Shown: positions 25,882-43,800 of the stretch, one piece after another
Position numbering within the stretch: the first letter of the stretch is position 1
How the letters are laid out: each line of letters starts with the position of its first letter
From: Macrostomum lignano
Taxonomy: Eukaryota
Assembly (NCBI GenBank): GCA_002269645.1
Contig: NIVC01000280.1
Span: forward strand, 658,768-722,767
Direction of reading: 5' to 3'
DNA: 64,000 nucleotides
Made by a program: the position numbers and the translations under genes
Notes under the pieces: generated by a model
The model's input: the letters and a program-made list of their open reading frames with translations, nothing else
What the model was told of the DNA's origin: nothing
Databases searched by the model: none

Positions 25882-27100
25882 TTACAGCATTTGACTTTTC
25901 GATGCAACCTGCACGGTGTCTCGGATTCGTGGACCTCTCGTTTGTTAGAACTTTCCTGACGGGTTTTTATCTGTACTGCTACGAGCGTACCCACTTTCTG
26001 GTCGGTAATGTTTGTTTTATTCGATGCTTCTGTCGCGCCAATAATGGTTGGTGCTTGAGACGATAAAATCAACAGTTTTGCTTTTAACATAATAGGCCTG
26101 CTCTTCTCCTGATCTTTTGTCTTCTTTCAACAACCATTTTGGCTATCAGGTCTCCGGCCGTTTGAACGCTTGGAGAGGGTCATTGTCTGCAGAAACTGCA
26201 GGATGAGGCGTTACTACATTCAGTTTACTGAAGGATTCTAAGAATCTATATTGTGTAATCGATTATATATTGTCCAATACTCCCTCCTTGAGTTTAAGGG
26301 TTTGCTGTCAATTCCACTCTATGCTGCTTCAATATTTCGCATCAGCACTTCAATATTTCGTACGTATCATCATGATGGCACGAAAATGCAGTTACATGCA
26401 TAAAAGAGGATGTAATTTACTTAAGTTGTAAACTTGTCGACTCACGATAATGCTCGTATAAGAAAGCGAATATGTCAATAACCAAATAGTGTATTTTCGT
26501 CACGAAGACAAAAACATTTAAGAGAAATTTTCTGAATTCCACTAGACGTCTGCATTTTCAGCTTGGATCTCAGCAGCAGTCAAAGACAATTTTGGGATTC
26601 TGTAGAGAGGACAGCTATCGAGCTTATTGTACAAATGTACAATTAACGTTTGGAAAAAATAAACCCGGAAATTTTAACGGCATGCGATAAAAACAAATTT
26701 CGCGCTTTCTTAAATATCCGACTTTAAATTTAGTTGTTTAAACAGCTTTATGAGTTAATTAGTTTTTTAAACCATTTATCGAAATTTAAGAACAGTGCTT
26801 TGGTTGAAGAGATGCTCAAATTAGTCGTTTTAGCATTCAGCTATTTAAACCCCTGATGATTACATTAAATAAATTAGGCTTCAAGGCACAAACAAGCACT
26901 GAACGCAACTTCTAAAGCGAGACGAAGGAAACAAAAGATATCTTTGCGGGAGTAGGTTGGGTCGGGCTTGGCGAGGTGCATTCGCTACCGTATCAGTACG
27001 AATAAGTTCAGTCGCAGCAAGGTGAGACAATTTTAAACAAAATAATTAATTAAGCGATGCCTCTCGGCTGCCAAAGCAGGCGGCGTCCCCCGCGGTCTGT

Positions 27101-32919
<5,819 letters not shown>

Positions 32920-33017
32920 GTCTTCTTTATACACTTTTATGATTCAGAAATAGGTAGAGTAAAAGTGAAGACTGCAAACAAAAATGTTGTGAAGTAAAGA
33001 ATCCAAATAAATTTAAT

Positions 33018-33049
33018 TTTATCATAGCAACTGTAAGTTCCTAAGTAAC
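33018..33049 (-). promoter_or_regulatory. Candidate tandem RFX X-boxes upstream of EFHC1
   Basis: Minus strand GTTGCTATGATAAA (33031-33018; 13/14 match to RYYNYYWWRRNRAC) and GTTACTTAGGAAC (33049-33037), about 100-130 nt upstream of the ATG of a ciliary gene. Confidence 0.5.
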
Positions 33050-34704
33050 GAAAAAAAATTTCGCCAAGAAACCATATCTTAGTTTTTTATTTTAAAAAAT
33101 TACTGCTCAGCAAGGTAAAAATATTTTACGTGTGGTTTACTAGTTCACCTTGTTAATCTTAGCCGCATTTTTAAACCGAATATCTGGGAACATTTCTAGG
33201 AATTAACAATTGCAAGAAACCAAAAAATCCGATTCTATTCGTATTATTCCTATGAGCAGGAGCGAATACCCAATACAGTGAATACCTAATCAGGCCCAAC
33301 TAGCAATCTAGTGCCCCCCTTTTGGGCGCCCAACAAGCAAGGGACAAAAATATTTATGTGAATCCTATTCGCCTTGACACCCAAGCAATTCCCCTGGTCT
33401 GGTCTTGGTCGACATCTCAACAATTCCTTGCCACCTATGTTCTATGTATTTCTTGCCACCAAATTAAATATAACTAGTCAATAAGGCATAGGCATAGCCA
33501 TAGTTCCATAGGATAAGGCCTGTCAATTGCAATTAGCTTGTTAGACATATGCTTAGAATAGCATGATTGCCAGATTTTCATTAAAATTATATATATATAT
33601 ATATATAATTTAAAAAATGTACTGACTAGACCTAGCCACAAAGTATAATTATAAATGTATTACTATTCAATTTTGATATAGTTTTATATATTCTGGTATA
33701 TAGAACTTTTATATATAACATTGGTCTATCTATATTAATTATTTAATATACAAAAATAGCCAAGTTTAGGTTTGGCAAATATATTATATGCCACACTTAG
33801 AGACACGGCAGCCATGTCTTTAATAGTGACTAGGTCTATACTTATAGACATGGCCACCTGCAGAATTTGTTTCTGCATTATAATTATTGCTGCTATATCA
33901 ATGAAACTTGCATAGTAGCCATGTCATTAATATTGAATAGGTTCATACTCTGAGACACAGTGGGTGGCCATGTCATTAATATAATAATATTGAATGGGTT
34001 TATACTTAGAGACATGGTGGGTGGCTGTGTCTATAATATTGGAGCTTTTAGATGTGGCTGGCCACCATGTATATAATCATCAATATAAAATTGTGTTCTG
34101 TAGGGCTCTCATAAGCAAATGGTAGCTTAGTGGATAAGTTAATTGCCTTGTGATTGCGTGAAAAGGTTTGAATCCCAAGTGGTTGGAGCTTTTTATAATT
34201 TGAAAATTTTTAAACTGAATAGGATCTAAATAAAATTTTAAGAGTAACATTAAATCTGAAACTGTGGCCACAATTATATATGTAACTACTGAAAAAGAAA
34301 TCTCAAAAGATTTTTTTGATACATATTGGCTGCACTTTGTCATAAGTTAAACATTATATAGCCTTACTGAAGCCATGGGGTGTGGGGGCAGCAAGCCCTT
34401 CCCCACTAGCCTTATTAAAGCCAATGACATTTGTAGTAATATTCCTTACCTAACAAGACAACAACTAAACTAAATATGGTCCAATAAGCTTCTTAGTTCT
34501 TAATATTTAGGCTAAATACATAAACAATAAAAACACAATATCTATTGTCATACCTTGAACTGAAAACATACATGAACAAAAATGTGGCAAACTTCTTATA
34601 ATATAAAATTTGTAGGGCCTAATAGTTTGTAAGTTTGAATACTTATAGATATAAGTGCATATTTAATTGTGGCTACATTTCAAAATTTAGTGTTACTGTT
34701 GTTA

Positions 34705-35055
34705 AATATGCTTAGAATGGCAAATATATTATACGCCACACTTAAAGACACGGCAACCATGGCTGTGCCTATAAGCTCCAATATTATAGATATGGCCACC
34801 ATGCCTATAAGCTCTATACTTATAGACACTGCCACTGTGCCTATAAGTATTCCTATATATATATCCTAGGATATATATTATTAAGGCTTAATATAATATA
34901 TATATAGGAATACTTATAGGCACAGTGGCAGTGTCTATAAGTATAGAGCTTATAGGCATGGTGGCCATATCTATAATATTGGAGCTTATAGGCACAGCCA
35001 TGGTTGCCGTGTCTTTAAGTGTGGCGTATAATATATTTGCCATTCTAAGCATATT
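34705..35055. repeat. Perfect 160-bp inverted repeat (foldback) with a 31-bp spacer
   Basis: Arms 34705-34864 and 34896-35055 are reverse complements with no mismatch found by eye. Each arm has three gcctataag subrepeats. A degenerate relative lies at about 33775-33860. Confidence 0.93.
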
Positions 35056-36407
35056 CTAAGCACATTCTAAGATATATATATATATATATATATATATATG
35101 CTAGCTAAATTTTGATCAATGAAAGTGTCTAAGGGGAACTTTAGGTTATTTACTTCAAATATCCTATAGATACCATCAAGTTATTGCAGGAAAATTTTAC
35201 TTTAGGCCCCCTTGTATTTTTTATTTTGATTATTAATACTAAGTTGATATATAGTTCTAATTCTTTTATTTTGATGTCTTATTATAGATATTTAATTTTC
35301 CTAGAGTTTCTTTTCTTATCCTAACTTAATTATTCTAGATTCATATAAATATAGATTGTCCTATTAGCATATAATACCTGAGTGTTAAAACACTGATTTA
35401 GCTAATCTCTATACTAAAACATGTAGCTAAGTCCCATAGCCATGATTAAGTCCCTCAGTGGCATTCCCAATGGACTGAGGTTGCCTAGTGAATTTCTCTT
35501 TTATTGTCTGAATTGGCCTTTGTCTATTCATGACTTTCTATTGGTAGGTTAAGTTTTAAAATATTGGGATATATCTCTTTTTTGTCTTTGCAAATAATGC
35601 CTTTTTTCTGCTTTTCTGCTATTGGCTTTTAGACTATTTGTCTGCTTGTTTGGCTTTCACTTGGCCAATTATCATTTGCTCTTAGTTCTTGGCAAATAAG
35701 TAAGGTGCTTAGCAAAAGCTTGCTTATTTAGTCTTATCAGAAATGATAGTTTAAATATATTAGAATGGTAAATGTAGGTGCAGTGTGTTCAAACAAAACT
35801 TAGCAAGAAAAAGCAAACTGGTTGCTTAGACATTGGCAAGGATTCTAAATAAACAACCTCTCTTAAAAGCTTTTTAAAAATGGAAACTAATGCCAATGAA
35901 ATAGCATTTAATTTTTAAATCAAAGATTATATTAAAAAATATTTGCTATATAAGCAACTTTATTCTTGGCATACTTTTTTAACTTTACATTGGTATAGAA
36001 TTTAAAAATGAGAATTTCTATTCTAGCATGTGCTTGCTATGATTTGGACTATAAATGCTAAGTCTAAGAGACTAAGCAAAAGAATAGAAATTTTGTTAAT
36101 AGTATATCATATAGTATATGTATATACTTTTTGACCTATAAGCAATAAGCCAACATGCATGTGCAACCACTGGCCAACCTGGCCAATCCGGCCACCATAA
36201 ATTGTGGTAAACTAGGTCTAAGTTGCAAAAATGCCTACCTAAGGTAATACAAATGTAGTACTAATTTGATGACGAGGCATTTAGCCTTAATAATACAGCC
36301 ATAGTTACTGTTCTGTTGTTGAATTAACAAATGCAGAAATAAGATAGATAATTATCCGGGCGCTCAGTGGCACCAAAAGAAGGCTTGGCCAATAGGAGGG
36401 CGGCTCG

Positions 36408-36505
36408 TATATTTATGCATGTGGGGAAGGAAAGTTCTAGAAAGACCAGGAAAGGAAACTTCTGGAACTATGCATAAACAAGTCCGCGGTGGAAGTTTCT
36501 AGAAA
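36408..36505 (-). promoter_or_regulatory. Cluster of three perfect heat-shock elements with an adjacent TATA-like box
   Basis: GAAagTTCtaGAA (36430-36442), GAAacTTCtgGAA (36455-36467) and GAAgtTTCtaGAA (36492-36504). Minus-strand ATAAATA lies at 36416-36410. The strand is inferred from the TATA position. Confidence 0.75.
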
Positions 36506-36920
36506 CGCTGTCCCCGAACTATCCCTACGCATTACATGCCTTTGCAATACACAACAGTTACTCCTGCAGTTTACCCAAAATTGCATTAATTGTTTAGCAT
36601 TTTTTCACTGGTAAGTTGCATTTTTGGTCAAAAAGTAAGTTGCATGGTCAGTGTAAATCAGGGGGTTTATGTAAGCCAAGGTTATTAAGATCCTATCTGC
36701 ATTGTAAATATGTCAATAGAAAAAGCATAGACCAAGGAAGAAAGCATAGACCACAAAAGAAAGTAGACTAGGGAGGTATAGTTTGAGAGATAGAAAGTAT
36801 TGATTAGAGGCTTGACTCACTTGACTTAGCTGCTAGTAGTCAAAAGGCAGCAGGAAAGTGAGTGTCACCTACATGCTTAGGCGCAACCCTAGGAATCACC
36901 CGGCCGTTTCTATTGGCAAC

Positions 36921-36992
36921 ACACATGTCAGTCGCTATTGGCTGAGATCAGTCACGTGACAACTATTCTGTCCAATAGCGACTTACATGTGT
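36921..36992. promoter_or_regulatory. 21-bp inverted repeat carrying inverted CCAAT boxes around a palindromic E-box GTCACGTGAC
   Basis: acacatgtcagtcgctattgg (36921-36941) versus ccaatagcgacttacatgtgt (36972-36992), 20/21 complementary. GTCACGTGAC lies at 36951-36960. Confidence 0.5.
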
Positions 36993-37044
36993 GTCCAGCA
37001 GTCAACCTGGAAGAAGCAGTGCATGGCCTATATGCAAAATTGAA

Positions 37045-37587
37045 CTGGAGTGATGGCAGGGAGAGCTGGAGTGATGGCAGGGAGAGCTGGAATGATAGCA
37101 GGGAGAGCTGGAGTGATAGCAGGGAGAGCTGGAATGATAGCAGGGAGAGCTGGAGTGATAGCAGGGAGAGCTGGAGTGATGGCAGGGAGAGCTGGAATGA
37201 TAGCAGGGAGAGCTGGAATGATAGCAGGGAGAGCTGGAGTGATGGCAGGGAGAGCTGGAGTGATAGCAGGGAGAGCTGGAGTGATAGCAGGGAGAGCTGG
37301 AGTGATAGCAGGGAGAGCTGGAGTGATGACAGGGAGAGCTGGAATCATAGCAGGGAGAGCTGGAATCATAGCAGGGAGAGCTGGAGTGATGGCAGGGAGA
37401 GCTGGAGTGATAGCAAGGAGAGCTGGAGTGATGGCAGGGAGAGCTGGAGTGATAGCAAGGAGAGCTGGAGTGATGGCAGGGAGAGCTGGAGTGATAGCAG
37501 GGAGAGCTGGAGTGATAGCAGGGAGAGCTGGAGTGATAGCAGGGAGAGCTGGAGTGATTGGAAGAGCTGGAGTGTTGGCAGGGAGAG
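37045..37587. repeat. 21-bp minisatellite upstream of the E2F7/8-like ATG
   Basis: Unit gggagagctggagtgatagca, about 25 copies; gives the SDSRESW, AGRAGVI and ITPALPA ORFs. Confidence 0.97.
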
Positions 37588-37890
37588 CACTATTCAATAG
37601 GAAACTCTCAGAAAATTAGAAAAATAAGAATTGGACAAGTACGTGCTTAAAAACAGTGATGTGCTTAAAAATAGATATACTATAATTCTTTCATACTTCT
37701 ATGCCTATGGGATATGCTTGAATTTGTAGTAAACAAGTGCAGTATTTGAGATGAAAATGCAAATCTTGTCTAGAAACAGATATACTCAGCTATTGAAGTG
37801 CTTAGACTTGAGTAGCAGCCAATTAACTGCAAACCCCACAGCCACCTACTTGAACGCCCCTAATCCAGCAGCTTCGCCCGGAGCCCAACC

Positions 37891-40800
37891 ATGGACTACC
37901 CGGCCGTGTCGGACTGCTCCCTGCCCGGATTCGACTGGTTCCTGCCCCAGCAGCTGCACTCCAACCCGCACCCCGCCGATCTGGCCCACCATCGCGGCGA
38001 CCAGACAGCCCAACCGCCGCATTCCCAGTCTGTCCAGCTTCAGGCGGCTTCATCATCCGGCTCAAACGATGTCCTGCTTTGCGGCCAAGTCAACACGGCG
38101 GCTGTTGTTGGCCAGACTCAGCCGACTGTCTGTCGCGAACGGACTCCGTTGAGCAATCCACTGATGAAGGTGACCAGAGCATTATGCGACGCGCTGCCCT
38201 ACCGGAGCAGTGTCCGGGACAGCCGCCTGCTGTCCGTGCCCGGACTGGCCGAGTCCCGCCGTCTGAGCCGTCGCCAGCTGGCCGACGCCTGCTCCGTGCT
38301 GTCCGGCGCGGGGGTGGCCAGGAAATATGACTCCTGCGGTCAGTACCTGTGGTACGGCAGGCGCTACCTGACTGCCTGCCTGTGCGCCCTGCGCCACTGC
38401 GCCATCCGGGACGGCTACGCTGCCGCTCTCCGCCAGTTGCAGCAGCAACCGCCGGCTCATTCTCCAATCAGCTCCTCGTCCGTGACGTTCAATCCCCAGG
38501 CCGACCAGGACGACTTGGTGCCGTGTATTGGCCCGGCCTCCAGCGCCGATCACGAGACCGCGCTGTACAGACTGTGCCAGGCGGTGCTGAAGCTGCTGCT
38601 GCTGGCCCGGCCTGATGACCAGCTGTCGTTAGACTTGCTGGCCGATTTCACTGTCCGAGCTGGACTGGCCAAGCCTAGCCAGGTGGGTTTGGGGTCTGGG
38701 GGAGCAGAGCAGCGCTACGGTCCCTGGTTCGATTCCGTGCGTGGCCGCGTTCATTTGTGAGGCTGTGGTGCGATTCAGGACAGCTGTACACACTGTGTGA
38801 GCGTGTGTATGCTGGCGCCTGTGCAAATTTTATCGATTTAGCGTAGTTTTAATTAATATTAACATTTCAGCTGTTCTACTTATCAGTAGCCGAAATGCAA
38901 ACTTTATTTATTTAGCGTAGGTTCAATGCTAATATTTCAGCTGTTCTACTATAAGTAGGCAAAATGCAAATTTTATTTATTTTGCGTAAGTTTAATGCTA
39001 ATATTTCAGCTGTTCTACTATTAGTAGGCAGATTGCAATGTTTATTTTTTTTAGCGTAGGTTTAATGCTAATATTTCAACTGTTCTACTATTATTAGGTA
39101 GATTTCAAGATTTATTTATTGAGCGTAGTTATAATGCTAATACTTTAGCTGCTCTACTATCAGTAGGCAAATTGCAATTACTTTAATTATTTATTTACTA
39201 CTACTTTTTAGGCGCGTCGCATAGGCGACGTAGCTGGCGTTCTTGTTGGCTTCGGCCTGGCCCGGCTGCTGCCCGCTCGACCTGGCGGCGGCGGTGGGGG
39301 AGGCAGCGGCCTGCAGCTGCATCCTGAACTGGAAGAGGCCGTCCGGCTGCAGGTGGCAGCCAGCGATGCCGACACTGCCGTAGCGGCCTCTGCAACTGGC
39401 GCAGCTTCCATTGATGGCGCTGCCGCCGGCCACTCCCAGCTGCCGTATATTGAGGTTAGATGGGTTGGGATAATGGGAGATGTGAGATGGGCTGGGATAA
39501 TGGGAAATGTGAGATGGGCTGGGAATTGGGATAATGGACAGATGTGGAATGGGTTGGGATAATGGGAGATGGGGGATGGGTTGAGATAATGGGAGATGTG
39601 GAATGGGTTGGGATAATGGGAGATGTGGGATGGGTTGGGACAATTGGGGAGATGTGGGATGGGTTGGGATAATGGGAGATGTGAGATAATGGGAGATGTG
39701 GGATGGGTTGGGATAATGGGAGATGTAAGATAATGGGAGATGTGGGATGAGTTTGGATAGTGGAAGATGTTTGAGATGGGATAGAACAGTATCCGCGGTG
39801 CACTATGATAATTACCCGTCGCCTCCAGGTGGAGGGCACCATCACGGGACCCAACAAGGTCCGCCTGAGCCTGGGCACGGTGCTGCAGCTGGTTAGCTCC
39901 GTCTCCGGCGTCGCCAAGGTGTCCGCCTCGACTCAGTACTCGCCACAGAAAGAGCCATCTAACCCGGCTGCCTCTGCTGCACAATCGCCGCCGCCGCATC
40001 AGCAGCAGCAGCAGCAGCACCAGCCGCTGTCAACGCCTCCGTCCTCCAGCGTGGTGGCCGTGTCCGACCTGTTCGCCGACTCAACCCCGCCGCCGGGATT
40101 CACTGAAGCCGACGCTCAGGACGTCAGCTGCCTGTCCGACTGTCCCATCGATCTGGAGGATCTGTTCTCCGCCTCCCCTAGGAAGCTGCTCATGCCCGGG
40201 ACCTCCAGTGGCGCTGCCACCTCCGCCGCGGCTGTCGTGTCGTCCACCGCCGCCTCCGCAGCCAGCGCCGCCGGCTCTGCGGGATCGTCGGGCGGACTGG
40301 ACGCTGCCCTGGCCGAGATGCTGGGCTGCTGCTCAGATAGCAGCCTGCAGTCTGCGGCGGCCAGGTTGGCATTGTGACATTCAGCGTCTTTATTTTAGGC
40401 CGACTGTGCTCCCAGATTCCCAGCCTGGCTTCACTAATCTCCCAAATTTCCAGACTGGCTTCACTAATCTCCCAGATCCCCAGACTGGCTTCACTAATCT
40501 CACAGATCCCCAGACTGGCTTCACTAATCTCCCAGATCCCCAGACTGGCTTCACTAATCTCACAGATCCCCAGACTGGCTTCACTAATCTCCCAGATCCC
40601 CAGACTGGCTTCACTAATCTCACAGATCCCCAGACTGGCTTCACTAATCTCCCAGATCCCCAGACTGGCTTCACTAATCTCACAGATCCCCAGCCTGGCT
40701 TCACTAATCTCCCAGATCCCCAGACTGGCTTCACTAATCTCACAGATCCCCAGCCTGGCTTCACTAATCTCCCAGGTCCCCAGACTGGCTTCACTAATCT

Positions 40801-43800
40801 CACAGATCCCCAGACTGGCTTCACTAATCTCCCCGATCCCCACTAACCTCCCAGATCCCCAGCCTGGCTTCACTAATCTCCCAGATCCCCTGCCGCATCC
40901 CGCAGAGACCCGCTGGACTTCGCCACTCAGCTGTCTGGCGCTGGCAGCCTGGCCTCCGCGCCGCCGCCTCAGCTGCCGCCTCATCATCATCCTTCGCCGG
41001 CGCACACGCTGGCGGCCTCGGCGGCGTCAAGCCCGCCCAAGCCAGTCAAGACAACGGCTGCTACGGCAACGCCAGTTTCACTGCAGCACTCAAACCAGGG
41101 ACTGGCTGCTCACAACCAGCCGCCTCTTGGTCCGGAGAGAGTTGCTGTGGTGGGTATCAGCTTCTAGTAGCTTGATTTTGTAGCAGATCTACATATCTCT
41201 GCTGTTGTACAGGACAAACCTGGCATCCCAATAGCCAAAATGGCGCTCCAGTAGTCAAAATGGCACCCTAGTAACCAAAATGGCATCTCAGTAGCCAAAA
41301 TGGCGCTCCAGTAGCCAAAATGGCACCCTAGTAACCAAAATGGCATCTCAGTAGCCAAAATGGCGCTCCAGTAGCCAAAATGGCGCCCTAGTAACCAAAA
41401 TGGCGCCCTAGTAACCAAAATGGCGTCCTAGTAGCCAAAATGGCACCCTAGTAACCAAAATGGCGCTCCAGTAGCTAAAATGGCACCCTAGTAACCAAAA
41501 TGGCGCTCCAGTAGCTAAAATGGCACCCTAGTAACCAAAATGGCGCTCCAGTAGCCAAAATGGCGTCCTAGTAGCCAAAATGGCACCCTAGTAACCAAAA
41601 TGGCACCCTAGTAACCAAAATGGCGCTCCAGTAGCCAAAATGGCACCCTAGTAACCAAAATGGCATCTCAGTAGCCAAAATGGCATCTCAGTAGCCAAAA
41701 TGGCGCTCCAGTAGCCAAAATGGCGCCCTAGTAACCAAAATGGCGTCCTAGTAGCCAAAATGGCGTCCTAGTAACCAAAATGGCGCTCCAGTAGCTAAAA
41801 TGGCACCCTAGTAACCAAAATGGCGCTCCAGTAGCCAAAATGGCGTCCTAGTAGCCAAAATGGCACCCTAGTAACCAAAATGGCACCCTAGTAACCAAAA
41901 TGGCGCTCCAGTAGCCAAAATGGCACCCTAGTAACCAAAATGGCATCTCAGTAGCCAAAATGGCGCTCCAGTAGCCAAAATGGCGCCCTAGTAACCAAAA
42001 TGGCGCCCTAGTAACCAAAATGGCGTCCTAGTAGCCAAAATGGCACCCTAGTAGCCAAAATGGCGCTCCAGTAGCTAAAATGGCACCCTAGTAACCAAAA
42101 TGGCGCTCCAGTAGCCAAAATGGCGTCCTAGTAGCCAAAATGGCACCCTAGTAACCAAAATGGCACCCTAGTAACCAAAATGGCGCTCCAGTAGCCAAAA
42201 TGGCACCCTAGTAACCAAAATGGCATCTCAGTAGCCAAAATGGCATCTCAGTAGCCAAAATGGCGCTCCAGTAGCCAAAATGGCGCCCTAGTAACCAAAA
42301 TGGCGTCCTAGTAGCCAAAATGGCGTCCTAGTAACCAAAATGGCGCTCCAGTAGCTAAAATGGCACCCTAGTAACCAAAATGGCGCTCCAGTAGCCAAAA
42401 TGGCGTCCTAGTAGCCAAAATGGCACCCTAGTAACCAAAATGGCACCCTAGTAACCAAAATGGCGCTCCAGTAGCCAAAATGGCACCCTAGTAACCAAAA
42501 TGGCATCTCAGTAGCCAAAATGGCGCTCCAGTAGCCAAAATGGCGCCCTAGTAACCAAAATGGCGCCCTAGTAACCAAAATGGCGTCCTAGTAGCCAAAA
42601 TGGCACCCTAGTAACCAAAATGGCGCTCCAGTAGCTAAAATGGCACCCTAGTAACCAAAATGGCGCTCCAGTAGCCAAAATGGCGTCCTAGTAGCCAAAA
42701 TGGCACCCTAGTAACCAAAATGGCACCCTAGTAACCAAAATGGCGCTCCAGTAGCCAAAATGGCACCCTAGTAACCAAAATGGCATCTCAGTAGCCAAAA
42801 TGGCATCTCAGTAGCCAAAATGGCGCTCCAGTAGCCAAAATGGCGCCCTAGTAACCAAAATGGCGTCCTAGTAGCCAAAATGGCGTCCTAGTAACCAAAA
42901 TGGCGCTCCAGTAGCTAAAATGGCACCCTAGTAACCAAAATGGCGCTCCAGTAGCCAAAATGGCGTCCTAGTAGCCAAAATGGCACCCTAGTAACCAAAA
43001 TGGCACCCTAGTAACCAAAATGGCGCTCCAGTAGCCAAAATGGCACCCTAGTAACCAAAATGGCATCTCAGTAGCCAAAATGGCGCTCCAGTAGCCAAAA
43101 TGGCGCTCCAGTAGCCAAAATGGCGCCCTAGTAACCAAAATGGCGTCCTAGTAGCCAAAATGGCACCCTAGTAACCAAAATGGCGCTCCAGTAGCCAAAA
43201 TGGCGTCCTAGTAGCCAAAATGGCACCCTAGTAACCAAAATGGCACCCTAGTAACCAAAATGGCGTCCTAGTAGCCAAAATGGCACCCTACTAACCAAAA
43301 TGGCGTCCTAGTAGCCAAAATGGCACCCTAGTAACCAAAATGGCATCTCAGTAGCTAAAATGGCACCCTAGTAACCAAAATGGCGCTCCAGTAGCCAAAA
43401 TGGCGTCCTAGTAGCCAAAATGGCACCCTAGTAACCAAAATGGCGTCCTAGTAGCCAAAATGGCACCCTAGTAACCAAAATGGCATCTCAGTAGCTAAAA
43501 TGGCACCCTAGTAACCAAAATGGCGCTCCAGTAGCCAAAATGGCGTCCTAGTAGCCAAAATGGCACCCTAGTAACCAAAATGGCACCCTAGTAACCAAAA
43601 TGGCGTCCTAGTAGCCAAAATGGCACCCTAGTAACCAAAATGGCGTCCTAGTAGCCAAAATGGCACCCTAGTAACCAAAATGGCATCTCAGTAGCTAAAA
43701 TGGCACCCTAGTAACCAAAATGGCGCTCCAGTAGCCAAAATGGCGTCCTAGTAGCCAAAATGGCACCCTAGTAACCAAAATGGCACCCTAGTAACCAAAA

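Noticed and set aside
34121-34176. tRNA gene
   Set aside because: A and B boxes are present (TAGCTTAGTGG, GGTTTGAATCC) but the stems do not pair; at most a decayed SINE head.
35410-35700. Decayed minus-strand ORF with only TAA/TAG stops as evidence for RIP
   Set aside because: Six stops in about 95 codons is what AT-rich DNA gives by chance, and no protein family was recognised.
36240-36305. Mitochondrial presequence-like exon (MAVLLRL..) behind the HSE promoter
   Set aside because: It stops after 13 codons, and no downstream coding exons were found in 33300-36200.
36938-37619. SDSRESW / AGRAGVI repeat proteins (dentin- or adhesive-like)
   Set aside because: The 21-bp array is open in three frames, with no signal peptide or unique coding flanks.
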